Part shown: positions 1 to 12,249 of the stretch, piece after piece
How the letters are laid out: each line of letters starts with the position of its first letter
How positions within the stretch are numbered: the first letter of the stretch is position 1
Assembly: GCA_963825865.1 (NCBI GenBank)
Contig: CAWGVG010000003.1
Location: 179,418 to 243,417 of the forward strand
DNA: 64,000 bases
Direction of reading: 5' to 3'
DNA from: an uncultured Nitrososphaeraceae archaeon
GTDB lineage: Archaea > Thermoproteota > Nitrososphaeria > Nitrososphaerales > Nitrososphaeraceae
Notes under the pieces: model-generated
Database searches by the model: none
The model's input: only the letters and a program-made list of their open reading frames with translations
Told to the model about the DNA's origin: nothing
Program-made: the position numbers and the translations under genes

Positions 1-189
1 GTGTCTTGATTGTTAGATAGCTTGCATAATCACGATTGCATACAATGATAGCATACTTAGAGCATTTCTTCTTTCTGTAAAGACCACTCATAGATAAAAT
101 AAAAGAACATCGAGTTATATCCTTATCTGTTAAATAAAAACATCATGTCTATATTTTTGGGATAGGCTCTTAGAAACTTTCCAATCCAT

Positions 190-600
190 CTATGTTGTAA
201 TGGGAATTTTTTTATCTATTGTGACAAACCTCTCATTTAGCTTTTCTCTTAATATGTCTTGTCTGGAAACTACCCCAATAAGTCTGCCATCATCTTCTAC
301 AACAGGTAACATATCAATTCTCTTTCTGTACATAATATCAATCATTTCATCTATAGTGGTGTCTTGATAGAGCTGCGCCCAGAGTCATTAGATCTTTTGC
401 AGATATGTTGTCAAGATTCTTATCATCCTTTATTGCTTTCAAGAGATCAATAGTAGTAATAACGCCTGTTACTTTGCCCTGATTATCAATTATCGGAAGA
501 CCATTAAATGTGCCGAGAACTATCCTTGTAGCAATTTCAATAGCAGTTGCATTTTCTTTAGTGCTACTATATTTACTGACATTACATCATATGCATTCAT
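190..600 (-). pseudogene. CBS-domain protein, frameshifted
   Basis: Manual translation: MNAYDVMSVNIVA..FNGLPIIDNQGKVTGVITTIDLL..MLPVVEDDGRLIGVVSRQDIL; CBS pair broken by frameshifts. Confidence 0.8.
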
Positions 601-779
601 ACCGATGACCCACTGCTTAATTCAATTTGCTTCACATTCTTATTAAAACTTTAACGATAGCGCACAGAATAGTTTTTGCTTTATTTATCCAATCTTATCC
701 TTTAATGGCACGGCAGTTAGATGCCCAAATTATATCATCAGTCCAAGGTACATTTTAATCTGTAAGTGGGATAATGAAT

Positions 780-870
780 CGAATTAAAATAAATCCTAAG
801 AGTAGTAATTCCTGAAATGCCCCCATCTGGTTTCTTTACCAACAGTCTTCTTACATACCTGTTTCTCATA
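780..870 (-). pseudogene. CBS-domain remnant, paralog of 9580..10150
   Basis: Reads MRNRYVRRLLVKKPDGGISGI, versus MRNRHIRRLLVKKADGSILGI at ~9780-9835; DNA similarity visible. Confidence 0.6.
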
Positions 871-872
871 TA

Positions 873-938
873 CAATGCATGGCACTGTATTCTAGCTATT
901 AAAATGTGGCTAACATTATTTTCTAGAATATTATTATG
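873..938 (+). promoter_or_regulatory. Conserved upstream element, copy 1
   Basis: caatgcatggcactgtattc...attattttctagaatattattATG closely matches 4135..4201. Confidence 0.6.
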
Positions 939-975
939 TTACGAGAATCATTAATAAAAAATTTATAAGTTATGC

Positions 976-1770
976 AAAGATAATTCCAGAGAGAGCAGAA
1001 AAACTGCTCTACGGCAGAGGATCGCCAGTAACGAACTTTACTGCCAAAGCAGGAAATATTGATATACAAAAGAAGTTTGATGGAGCCCTTCCTACAACAA
1101 TATATCAAGCAGGCTTTTCTGAGGTATACGGTCAAAATCCGGACATTGATTCTACAGCATTGATAATTTCCACAACGTCTTGGATTTTGGATAGATCCCT
1201 CAAAAATCAGGAGAATGAACAGAAACAACAGCGAAGAGGTTCTTTGTCTGGAGGTTCATCCGCATCACTCTCGTCTTCAGTCATGGCACCAGAACAGTCA
1301 TCAGATTATGTTTCTGCACTATTGTCAAAAGATGCTATAACGGATCAAGTTAGAGTTGCTGAGTTCGCCGTTCCTAGAATGCTCAAAGCTATAAGAGTAC
1401 CTGAACAGCCGTGATCTTGATAATGATGGCATATTACAACAAAACTATAATGAAGACTGGATGGATACGGCGTTAAGAGCAAGTAAAATAGTTTACAGCC
1501 AAGCTTGCTGCATACTTGCTTTAAATGATCTTTCTTGTCTACTTTCAAAGCTTGGAAGGGATAAAGAAGCTGATAGAATGATCGATTTTATGGATAAAGC
1601 AATACATGGAGTCGAACAAAAATTATGGTCTGAGGAAGGTGGATGCTATATTGATTTGCAGTACTCAGAAAGTGCAGAAGGTAAACCATATAGACTATTA
1701 ACTCAAGATGTATCACTCTACTTAATTGCGGTTTCACAGAATACAACCAATGATAGCCTACTAAGTGGTT
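976..1770 (+). pseudogene. Fragment of amylo-alpha-1,6-glucosidase / six-hairpin glycosidase-like protein
   Basis: Joined frames give YGRGSP..GALPTTIY..YGQNPDIDSTAL..EDWMDTALRA..YSQAC..LWSEEGGCYID; both ends missing. Confidence 0.55.
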
Positions 1771-1779
1771 GTATTTGAA

Positions 1780-2124
1780 ATGAAGCGATTAGACATAATA
1801 ATTTCTCATGAGCACATAGCAGAAGTTAACGATACTCTTCACAGAAATAAAGTCGGCGGTATGACATTTTACGATATCAAAGGTAGGGGTCATTCAAAAT
1901 ATGAGCCAGTAGACGTTGGCAGAGGTATAAGGAGATATGTACCAGAATTTGGTTCTTGGACAAAGATTGAGGTAATTGTAGCTAATTCACAAGCAAAGAA
2001 GGTTGTTGGTTATATATTACATGTTGTAGGCACACATTCAGCTTCTGACGGCAAGATATTTGTCTACAATGTAGAAGAAGCTTATGATTTACGGACAAAG
2101 AAAACCGCTGATAGAGCACTATAG
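1780..2124 (+). CDS. glnB: P-II family nitrogen regulatory protein
   Basis: MKRLDIII..GGMTFYDIKGRG..KIEVIV..DGKIFVYNVEEAYDLRT; ATG at 1780 fits the PII N-terminus. Confidence 0.85.
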   Translation: MKRLDIIISHEHIAEVNDTLHRNKVGGMTFYDIKGRGHSKYEPVDVGRGIRRYVPEFGSWTKIEVIVANSQAKKVVGYILHVVGTHSASDGKIFVYNVEEAYDLRTKKTADRAL

Positions 2125-2424
2125 TGTTCATTTAAGAACATTGGGAAGGCATTATTTTTGTGATGTAAACTTCGAGCAGTCCAATTAACAGTGCCGTTCA
2201 AATAGCACGATGGATCATCTTTTTGTCTGATAAGGCATTAAATAAATAAGATAGGTCGTGATAAGATCCTACATTCAAAAATATTCTTGTTTTTTCATTC
2301 TATTTTTCACAAATTGCTTCGACAATTGATTTAGTAATTTAACTTTGAAATTGTAATGTATCATGATTTCATAAAAACATGGAGTACAAGTCAAGAACTA
2401 ACTATTCCAAACTTGCTGCCTTAT

Positions 2425-3357
2425 TCAGGCTCGTTTAAAATATGTTCGTACAAATATGTCTAACATGGCAACTGCAAGACAGCACACCTTATCTCCACCG
2501 CCATAGTATACATATAATTTATCATCAATAATACATGTACCGGTTGGGAAAACCACATTTTTGACATCGCCCTCCTTTTCGTATGGCTCCTCAGGTTCTA
2601 AAATAGGCTTTTTAGTCCTGACTATTATTTTAACTGGATTGTCTAGATCAAGAAGTGCAGCGCCAGCTCTGTAAATTAAATCTCTATCTACACCATGATA
2701 AATTAAAAGCCAGCCGTGCCTAGTTTTTATCGGAGGAGGACCGGATCCGATTTTTAACTCTTCCCACTGTTGTTCTGGTTTTAGAAGGAGCGTGTGGTTT
2801 TCAAACTTTGAGAGAGACTTACCTTCGCCGATCCAAATACTCGGCTTATCGATGCCGATTCTTTGTCCAATCCAAGTTCTTGGCCTGTGTAAAAAAAAGT
2901 ATTTTCCATTTATCCTTTCAGGAAAAATGACAACATCCTTATTATCTGACCCTTTGCTAGTAATGATTCCTAGTCGTGCATAGTTATCAAAATCAACAGT
3001 TGCAGCTAAAGCAGTTAACCCTACAGGTTGCTTTGATACATAGTCAGAAAGGACAACATAAGTAAAATATATCTGATTATCAACCATTACTAGCCGGGGA
3101 TTTTCTATTCCATATTTTTCATACTCTTGAGTGGATTCAAATGCAATTTGTTTTTTTCTCTCGAAGTTAAGACCATCAGTACTATATGCATATCCTAATC
3201 TTGAAATGTATTGTTCATACTCTCCTATTGCCCTATAGAGCATGTGGATTTTATTTCCATCATATAGAACTGCAGGATTAAAGACTGCTTTTGATTCCCA
3301 CCAATTATCTTTATTCGGTAACAGTATTGGATTTTTCTTGTACCTTTCTAGAATCAC
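2425..3357 (-). CDS. GH130 / PH1107-like glycoside phosphorylase-hydrolase
   Basis: NPILLP..WESKAVFNPAV..LYRA..NKDVVIFPE..HRP..KIGSGPPPIKT..WLLIYHGV..NVVFPTG. Confidence 0.88.
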   Translation of the reverse strand: MILERYKKNPILLPNKDNWWESKAVFNPAVLYDGNKIHMLYRAIGEYEQYISRLGYAYSTDGLNFERKKQIAFESTQEYEKYGIENPRLVMVDNQIYFTYVVLSDYVSKQPVGLTALAATVDFDNYARLGIITSKGSDNKDVVIFPERINGKYFFLHRPRTWIGQRIGIDKPSIWIGEGKSLSKFENHTLLLKPEQQWEELKIGSGPPPIKTRHGWLLIYHGVDRDLIYRAGAALLDLDNPVKIIVRTKKPILEPEEPYEKEGDVKNVVFPTGTCIIDDKLYVYYGGGDKVCCLAVAMLDIFVRTYFKRA

Positions 3358-3806
3358 TTTTTGCTCTTTATGACCGCTTTATATTCGAGACTCAATATTT
3401 AGACTTAGTTCTATGACGAGTTACTGGACTGGTTCTGTACTTAACTTAACTTTTCCATTTTTATTCTCTGAACGTATTTCCGAATTTAACAAACCTAATC
3501 CATAGGTATTATCATTGGCATGCACAGTCAATCTACTAAAAATATGAAGGAATAAACGAAGCTCGCAAAGTCAAATAGTTCTTTGTTATTGCCACAATTC
3601 CATTTGCCTTTGTATAATTTCTTATTCAGAGGCAAGAGATTAAATGCAAATCCTTTCAATAAACGTGTAGACGAATATATTGATGCTTTTCGATTTGATA
3701 GTATATGTTCTAGATATATGTTCTAACATGCAGATAACAACCGTTGCGTACTCTTATTGACAATACATTCCACATTATTATTATTATTATTATTTTACTG
3801 ACTGCA

Positions 3807-4040
3807 TTAACTAGCAAGGAATGCCTTTGTGATATCGGTCTTCGTAACTATTCCAACTAGCTTATCAATTGAATTTACAACAGGCAGGCCGCTTATCCTA
3901 TTGTTTGTCATTATTTGTGCAGCATTAGTCAAGTCAGTGTCTCTTGCAACTGTTATTGGGTTATGTTTCATTATCTCCCTTGCCAAAAATATATTCTTTA
4001 AAGTTAACCTCTTTAATATTTATCTCTTCGACCCTTGTGT
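3807..4040 (-). pseudogene. C-terminal CBS-domain fragment
   Basis: IFLAREIMKHNPITVARDTDLTNAAQIMTNNRISGLPVVNSIDKLVGIVTKTDI, paralogous to the end of 8700..9290. Confidence 0.75.
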
Positions 4041-4134
4041 TGAGGCTCTGATAAAGGAAGATAAAAAGCACTTTATATATATATATCTCATGACAATTTG
4101 TGTAATATTATTAAGCTAAAAATTAATTCTCATG

Positions 4135-4201
4135 CAATGCATGACACTGTATTCCACGTACTAAAATATCACTAAATATTATTTACTAGAGTATTACCAT
4201 G
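4135..4201 (+). promoter_or_regulatory. Conserved upstream element, copy 2 (before ADH)
   Basis: caatgcatgacactgtattc...attatttactagagtattaccATG; matches 873..938. Confidence 0.6.
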
Positions 4202-5327
4202 GGACAAGAGAGATATATCTATGACCGCAACAACAAGGATCAGGAAAAGAATGCTACTACTATTCTTTCTGCAAGGATTCACGAATACCAAAGACCGCTA
4301 TCTATAGATGATATTCCAAAACCGAGAATATCTACAGGGGAGCAAGTTTTAGTTAAAGTAGCAGCCGCAGGCCTATGTCACAGCGATTTACATCTGATAA
4401 ATGGTCAGTGGAAGGATATTATTCCAATACAATTACCAATTACGCCAGGACATGAAGTAGCAGGTTGGATTGAAGAACTAGGAAATTCTGTTCCTAAAGG
4501 AGTTTTAGATATAGGTGATCTAGTAGCTGTATTTGGAGGATGGGGATGTGGAATTTGCTTTTATTGTAAAAACGGCGATGAGCAATTATGCATAAATCCA
4601 AAATGGCCTGGACTATCTTCGTGGAATGATGGAGGGTTTTCACAGTATATCATAGTACCATCATACAGGTTTTTGATAACTGTGAATACATATCAAAAAT
4701 ATGGCATAAAGCCTGAGGAGCTGGCACCTTTGACTGATGCTGGATTAACACCATATAGAGCAATAAAAAAAATCAGGCATTTGTTAGTACCAGGAACGAA
4801 TATAGCGATAATAGGAGTAGGAGGACTTGGGTCTTATGCGTGTACAATATGCAAAAATATTTGGTGCAGGTTCAAACGTAATAGCAATTGATGTTGATGA
4901 TAGAAAGTTGGAGTTGGCAGAAAGGTTTGGAGCAGATCATGTGATAAATTCAAAGATGCAACAGGACATAAAAAAAGAAGTATTACAAAAGACTGGTGGC
5001 AATGGACTTGATGTTGTTGTTGACTGTGTTGGTTCAGAAGAGACAATAAGAAATTCTGTGGCAACGTTAAGTAAGGGCGGAGTATTGGTAATGGTTGGTC
5101 TATTCGGAGGACAGATAAATATGCCTTTGATTTCAGCTGTAATAAATGAATATCAAGTCATTTGTTCACTTTGGGGAAATTATAATGAGCTACGTGAAGT
5201 TATAGAATTGGCAAAAGATCAAAAGATAAAACACAGAATACATAGCTTTCCATTTACAGAAATAAATAAAGCAATAGATTTACTTAGAGTAGGTAATATA
5301 GAAGGTAGGGCAGTAATTGTTCCATAG
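4199..5327 (+). CDS. Zn-dependent NAD(P) alcohol dehydrogenase (frameshift ~4840)
   Basis: GLCHSDLH, PGHEVAG, CGICFYC..C, TDAGLTPY, GVGGLG, GRAVIVP across two ORFs. Confidence 0.9.
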
Positions 5328-5418
5328 CAACAGATTTGTATTTCTTTTTCATCTCTTTTCCATTTCTAGCTATATACGCCAATGATACTGAAATAATAAA
5401 ATATAGCAGGTATTAAAT

Positions 5419-5902
5419 ATGAAACGAAAATTTTCAAAAATATTAGTGGCTATGGATGGCTCGGAATCATCTAAGGATGCAGCACGATATGCTACTATGA
5501 TGGCAAAGAAAAATAATTCAGAGTTAATTGCTATTCACATTTTAACTCCCGATGGTTATGCATACTTGTTTGATATACCACCATCTGATGCTGGGTCATT
5601 AGAAGAGCTCATGAACATATCTAGGCATGTAGTTATGAATTGGATAGATGAAATCAAAGAAGAAGAAGAACAAACTAACAATGATGGTAACAAAAATATG
5701 GACAAAATACAATTGAAAACAGAAGTAATCCGGGCAACTAAACCTATAGTAGGTGAGATAGTAGATTATGCTGAACGTGAAAACATAGATTTTATCGTTA
5801 TTAGGTACTAGAGGAAGAACAGGTCTTAAAAAGATGCTGCTTGGAAGTGTTGCTTCAGGAGTCGTTACCTATGCAACATGTCCTGTATTGGTAGTAAAGT
5901 GA
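5419..5902 (+). CDS. Universal stress protein (frameshift ~5800)
   Basis: FSKILVAMDGSE..IVDYAE; GTRGRTGLKKMLLGSVASGVVTYATCPVLVVK continues in another frame. Confidence 0.88.
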
Positions 5903-6205
5903 ATTGGATAACGGCTTAATGGTTGTTGTTTCTTCGCGTCTAATGATAACAAATGAATCAAGGCGAGATTTTCATATATAGTATTCCAATATCTTTTCAA
6001 TATTGTCCTTTTCCTATGAACTTGTGCCTCTAAATGTTTATTGTTGAAATATTAAAGAGGTTATAAAGAATTTTTTACAAAAAGACAAAAGTTATATCGA
6101 TAGTAATATTACTAACAATATATTATCCATTTACAATCACTCTCTCTAAAATTAAGTAAAATTGTACTATTTGCAAGAAGTTATCCTATACCAGTTTTTG
6201 CAGTT

Positions 6206-8192
6206 TTGGGATTGCTCTTAGGTGCCATCTATTATGTATTAAATCAATCTGTTGTGGGGCAATGGATTTGGTTTTTAACATTAATTATTGGAGGAATTCC
6301 TGTTGTGTGGGGTACTGTTAAGGGAATGATACATCGTCATTTTGCTTCTGATATAGTAGCAATGTTAGCAATTGTTGCAGCTATCTTGACAAATGAAGCA
6401 TTACCAGGAGTAGTTATTGTTATAATGCAAACTGGCGGTAAAGCGCTAGAAGATTATGCTTTTAGAAGAGCTTCATCTTCACTGGATGAATTAATGGCTA
6501 GATCTCCACGCATAGCATATAGAAAAATGAGGGAAGTAAATAACAAAAATAATAATAATAATAATGGTTATGATGGTATTTATGATCAAAGCCTAGAAGA
6601 AATAAAAGTAACCGATGTTCGGATCGGTGATTTACTTGTAGTACCGAGCGGGCGATCTTATTCCTGTCGATGGAGCGATAATCTCCGGACGAGCACAAAT
6701 AGATGAATCCGCACTTACAGGAGAACCTTTGCCTAAAAACAAAGGTGTTGGTGATAAAGTCTTTAGTGGTACTATTAATGCAGGAGGAAGTGCTTTTGAA
6801 ATGCAAGCTAGTAAAGTTAGCGAAGACAGTCAGTATGCCAAAATAGTGCAACTAGTACGAAAAGCCCAAGAGGAGAAAGCTCCAATACAACGACTTGCAG
6901 ATAGATATGCATTATGGTTCACTCCTATAACAGTAGCAATAAGTGGACTAGGTTGGCTCATAACACAAAATCCACAGACTATCTTATCTGTCCTTGTTGT
7001 TGCTACTCCATGTTCACTTATATTTGCAACTCCTGTAGCTATTATGAGTGGAATAAATAGATGTGCAAAGATAGGAATAATAATAAAGACTGGAGCTGCA
7101 ATTGAACAGATAGGCAAATCGCAAGCAGTTGTATTTGATAAAACTGGCACTATTACTTATGGATCTCCTGTTGTAGAGGACATTGTTATATTAACAAAAG
7201 GTGGCAAAATAAGACAAGAAGAGGACGATAATAATAGTATTAATAGCAATAATAGCAATACTGTCATTAGTAACAACAATAACAATGCTTCTGATGATCT
7301 ATTGCTCAAAGCTGCCAGGTATGGAACAAATGTCTTCTCATCCAGCAGCTCGTGTAATTGTCCAAAAAGCAAAAGAAAAGTTTGGTAGTAGTTTATTGCC
7401 CACTCCAAGAAACTTCCATGAAATAGCTGGAGCTGGGGTAGAAGGTGATATTAATGGTGAACATATTATAGTTGGTTCACAAAGTCTTTTTGAAAATAAT
7501 GATAACAAGAAATATCATCGTCAGCAACTGCAACAACAACAACAGCAATTAGAACTAGGATTCGATAAAGAATTACTACTAAATACTATAAAAAAACGAG
7601 GCGAAGGAAAAATGATAGCATTCATTGGTATCAACAGTATTCTTGTAGGAGCTATAGTACTTGGTGATAAGATAAGGTCAGGAGTTAATGTGATGATGCA
7701 ACGTCTTCAAAAGCTTGGAGTAAAAGAAACAGTTATGCTTACAGGAGATAGCTTTGACAATGCACAGGTTATTGCCAAGCAAGCAGCTGTCACTAATTTT
7801 GAATTTAACCTTTTACCAGAGCAGAAGGTATTGGCAATAAAGAAATTGAAAGAACGGTACAAAAATATTGTCATGGTTGGTGATGGAATCAATGATGCTC
7901 CTGCATTGGCGCTGCTACAGTAGGTGTTGCTATGGGAGCTAAAGGAACAGCAATATCAGCTGAGGCCGCAGATATGGTATTGATAGTTGATGATGTGACA
8001 AAAGTTGCGGATGTATTAGAAATAGGTCAGAGAACAATACAAATAGCAAAGCAGAGTATTTACTTTGGGTTAGGAGTCAGTTTCATCCTAATGATTGTTG
8101 CAAGCATTGGATTAATTCCTCCAACAATTGGTGCATTGCTTCAAGAAATATTGGATGTAAGTGTTATATTAAATGCATTAAGGGCAAGATAG
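6206..8192 (+). CDS. Heavy-metal P1B-type ATPase, P1B-5-like (several frameshifts)
   Basis: LTGE, VVATPCSL, DKTGT, SSHP, MLTGD, GDGINDAPAL, QEILD; spread over 4 ORFs. Confidence 0.88.
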
Positions 8193-8398
8193 GTAGGACA
8201 TAGAGTTTCACTATGTCGATTAGATAACTGGCAGATTTTATGCAAGATAAGTAACTCTACGCTTTATCTGGAGCTTACCCTATCATGGTAGTAAAATGAA
8301 GGTATACTATATTTTGCAATCGATATATCATTCAAACAGGATTAATCTGTGCTACAAGTGCATAAATATAAGAACAAGGATCAACATTATCTTAAAGC

Positions 8399-9290
8399 AT
8401 GCAAACGTTAAAACAAATAGATTTAACGAGAGAAGTCATCAAACTCCAACCAGATAAAACACTTTATGATGCTCGTAATGCCTTATTGATATACAACATT
8501 AGCAGAGTTATCCTTGCAAAGGATGATAAGCCTTTAGGGATTCTTACTGAGAAGGATATTTCTCGGTTCTTGTACGAGGACACATCTAACAGGAACCTCA
8601 AAGAGATTCGATTAGATGAGGTAGCCAGTAAAGAACTCATAACGGCCAGCGAGGATAGTGATTTGAAAACATGCTCAAAGTTGATGATAGATAACAAACT
8701 TGAGCTCAATAGTAATAGTTGATACTGTGGGAAATCTCAAAGGCATATTTACAAAAAGCGATATGGTAGATGTTTATGCAAAATATTATACAAAAAAAAG
8801 ATTGGTAGAAGAATACATGACTAAGAGAGTCTTTACAGTAGATCCTGATGAAACTGTACAATCTGTCCTTCTTTTAATGGTTAATAATAAAGTGTCAAGA
8901 ATAGTCGTTACAAGAAATAGTAAACCTATTGGCATTATAACAGGTCGTGACTTGTTACCTATGAGTGCACTTTCAGATACATACTTCACTATATACCAAA
9001 CTAATACTCATGAGAAAAGAGTAGGAAGTGAACATGTAGAAGAACAATTTCTTCCAAAAAGACAGAAATATTCACAATATGTTCCATCTGGTGTTAAATC
9101 TATTTTCTTGGCAAAAGACGTAATGACACATGATCCAATAACTATTACCGAGGATTCAGATTTGGCTACTGCTGCCAGAATTATGTCAAGAAATAGAATA
9201 AGTGGTATTCCTGTAATAAATTCAAGTGAAAATTTAATTGGAATAGTTACAAAGAGCGATATAATTAAAGCAATATATGATGCTAACTAA
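8399..9290 (+). CDS. Four-CBS-domain protein (frameshift ~8700)
   Basis: Repeated GILTEKDI, GIFTKSDM, GIITGRDL, GIVTKSDI motifs. Confidence 0.85.
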
Positions 9291-9579
9291 AGAGGGATAT
9301 CAGAATTATGAACTAATTGTATCAGAAAAAGTAGTTGATAATATGAGTTAATGCATAAAATCAATCTGTTAAACAATCAATTACTATTAGAGGCTCTTCA
9401 CTTCGCATTAAACCTATAGCTAAAGATGTTATATTTCTCTTATGCTACTCAAAAGGAATAGAACACCACTATTAGTGTAGTGCTATATTAGAATATAGCG
9501 TCAATTAATACATGTCAAATTCACCGAATATTTGTTTAGCGATACTTTATATATAATATTTGTAAGCTTGCTGAGTACG

Positions 9580-10150
9580 TCAACAGTTCAATAAATGAAC
9601 TGTATCCATATGTTTATCTATTTTTCTTTTATCTTCAAACGCAGATTGACAGTATGGACAAATGATCACAGCAAGTTTTCCAATATTTTCTGATGGAGTT
9701 TCGCCTGCTAATTCTACTTCAGCTAGATCTATTCCTTGGCTTGGAATATTACCAATAGCTGATTAAGGGTATAATTCCTAAAATACTACCATCCGCTTTC
9801 TTTACCAGCAGTCTTCTTATATGCCTGTTTCTCATTATACAAATGGCTTCTTTTACTGATGCTTTATCATTTATAGAAACAAGAGGATGGCTCATTATAC
9901 TCCTCAAAGTTGTTTCAGATGGACTCTTGTCTTCTCCTATCACTCTATATAATATGTCCCTTTCAGTAACAATTCCTATAGGTTGTTGAGTACTCTTGTT
10001 AGTTATTATAATACTAGACATGTCACCGTTACGCATGACTTTTACTCCTTCGCTTACTGTGTTGTCTTCATTTAAAGTAATGTAATTTCTGCTAGTGATA
10101 CTTCCAACGTCTTTAGAAAGATAATATTCTTGGTTCAATAATCTTAACAT
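9580..10150 (-). CDS. CBS-domain protein with C-terminal C2H2 Zn finger (frameshift ~9755)
   Basis: GIVTERDIL..IRRLLV; the shifted frame continues ICPYCQSAFEDKRKIDKHMDTVH. Confidence 0.8.
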
Positions 10151-10260
10151 ATCTGCAAGCTGAATAATATAAATATTATTAAAAGTCAGTCTATGTATTG
10201 TTCTCCTTATTTTTTATTCAGAAATACCAATGTTTTCGTAAAAATAAAAAATAAAGCGCT

Positions 10261-10467
10261 TCAGGGAGTTGTTACCTGATATGGAGATGGTGGAACGTAT
10301 TTGATTGGGTATGGTGGATGTGGTGACCATGGTGGTACCGGGATTACTGGCGGTAGGATTCCCGTGGTAACGCCATATACAGTCGCAGGAGTCAAGACAA
10401 GACTGCCTATCATGAGCACTAGAAATATCGTTCCTAGCAGCATTCCTATTTTGGTAGTAGTAGACAT
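10261..10467 (-). CDS. Small secreted/membrane Pro-rich protein
   Basis: Hydrophobic N-terminus followed by PPVIPVPPWSPHPPYP. Confidence 0.5.
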   Translation of the reverse strand: MSTTTKIGMLLGTIFLVLMIGSLVLTPATVYGVTTGILPPVIPVPPWSPHPPYPIKYVPPSPYQVTTP

Positions 10468-10782
10468 TTTCTCGTATCACCCCTTCATGTATATATTACA
10501 ATAGAAAACTATATGCGCAGTATGTGTATAGTGCAATGCTGTGCAGTTTATTGGTATAAAAGTTAAGGTATACCGATGGTAGTACGGGATCTATTCAAAC
10601 AATAGATAGTCTAATCGACAAAAAATCTAATTAAGTTACTTTTGCTTCCTGTTCCGCCATACACGCAAAACAAATTATTTTTAGTGGTTTTTTGTACTCA
10701 TCTGGAACTTCCCAATATGATTTGCAACTTTTGCAAGTTATAAATTTACCCGTTTTCTTTTATTCACTTCCTCACACTAGTT

Positions 10783-10998
10783 GTGATAATAGGAGTTTTC
10801 ATTTTGCTTAACTTCTATATGAGAAAGAGAATGATGAAAAGAATGGGAATGGGAGGAGTAGGAATGTTTGGTTCAATGTCGCCATCTTCAATGTTTGGAG
10901 ATAGTTCATTAAAATATTACTGTATGAGTTGCGGAACACAACACAAACAAGCTGCATGTCCTAAATGTGGTTCTAAGATGAAAAGAGTTGGGTCTTGA
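10783..10998 (+). CDS. Small membrane-anchored Zn-ribbon protein
   Basis: TM helix, Gly/Met linker, CMSC..CPKCGSKM. Confidence 0.65.
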   Translation: MIIGVFILLNFYMRKRMMKRMGMGGVGMFGSMSPSSMFGDSSLKYYCMSCGTQHKQAACPKCGSKMKRVGS

Positions 10999-11107
10999 CA
11001 TGAATTAATCAAAATCCACAGCCTGTCATCATTACTAGCATAATATAAACAGAATACTAATAAATAAGAATTGTAAGGGAAGGTAATCAATTGGAAGGAG
11101 AAAGGTA

Positions 11108-11416
11108 ATGGGAGATATGGTATTTCCATATAAAAAAATACTAGTACCATATGATGGTTCTAAACAATCAGAAAATGCATTGCAACAAGCAATACAATTA
11201 GCTGATTTTTCGTTTTCAAGTGGAACTACTACAGAAAGTATACAAATAATATTATTACACATAGTAGAGGAAATTCATATTCGTATTCCAAATCTCTACT
11301 TTGGGCTAAGAATACTTGCTGGCAAGTCTATGAAGAAATTCTTCGAGGAAGTATATGAAGATATACTTCGTTTGTCCAAAGGGCTGTGTTCATTTAACAG
11401 AACATCTATAGATTAA
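11108..11416 (+). pseudogene. Universal stress protein, N-terminal half only
   Basis: YKKILVPYDGSKQSENAL..LLHIVEE; similarity ends ~11370. Confidence 0.75.
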
Positions 11417-11500
11417 CGTTGCTCTATTTACACTATGGGTATCAGACCACTTTTTGTTTATTTTGGAAATAGCGTGTGTATGCTTTTGCTTTTTGCTTAT

Positions 11501-11692
11501 CTATTCCTCTGACATTCCTATGTATACGAGAAGTGCAGAGTAATCGTTAGTATTATCATCTCTCTTAAATGAAGAGTATTTAATATCTATTATCTTCTGA
11601 ATATTATTTTCCCTTAAAAAATCATTGATTTGATTTGAAAGAGAATCAGGATGAGTCGAATTAAATGCTTGAGTAAGTATTATACGTTTCAT
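11501..11692 (-). CDS. Cse60-like small protein
   Basis: LSNQINDFL..IIDIKYS..YSALLVY resembles the Cse60 (DUF2758) pattern. Confidence 0.5.
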   Translation of the reverse strand: MKRIILTQAFNSTHPDSLSNQINDFLRENNIQKIIDIKYSSFKRDDNTNDYSALLVYIGMSEE

Positions 11693-11807
11693 TCAGACTT
11701 AACCATCATTAATGCTTGGCAATGGCGTTTACTAACTTTTGCTTTTGTTCAATGTCAGTAATTATTTTAGGATATGAATTTTAATTAGAGCTTCTTTTTA
11801 ACTAAAA

Positions 11808-12080
11808 ATGAATATGTCAACTACTACTACTGGTGCTAGTCAAAAAACGATATTCTCCAAAATATTAGTTGCAATTGATGGCTCTAATGCCTCAATGTAT
11901 GCAGCAGATTACGCTATCTCTCTATCTAAAGAATATAATAATGCAGAACTTTATGCTTTGCATGTTATACGTGCCGATGTTGATTTATTTGGGCCACATG
12001 AAACATCTTTCCTCGTTATTTGTGTATTCCTGATATCTTGTAAAGTCAAGTGGAGTGATTATGCCAATAGATTTGCTTAA
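11808..12080 (+). pseudogene. Universal stress protein, N-terminal fragment
   Basis: FSKILVAIDGSNASMYAADYAI..LYALHVI; similarity ends ~12010. Confidence 0.75.
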
Positions 12081-12249
12081 ATTAATTTTATCATCATGGT
12101 CAACAACGAATAAATGCCTTACGTCTGCAACATCATATCAGCTCCACCGATAGCGATGAATTAGAATAGTAATAAGAGGAGAAAACATTATCTGCTTATT
12201 TGTAACTGCGCTAGTTACGTACATCATTAATGTTCTACAGATAACCACC

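Noticed and set aside
3703-3726. Short tandem tatatgttcta duplication
   Set aside because: Low-complexity AT-rich two-copy repeat, expected by slippage
4827-8722. Programmed frameshifting in ADH, USP, ATPase and CBS genes
   Set aside because: Too frequent and without a common slippery motif; consistent with indel errors or decay
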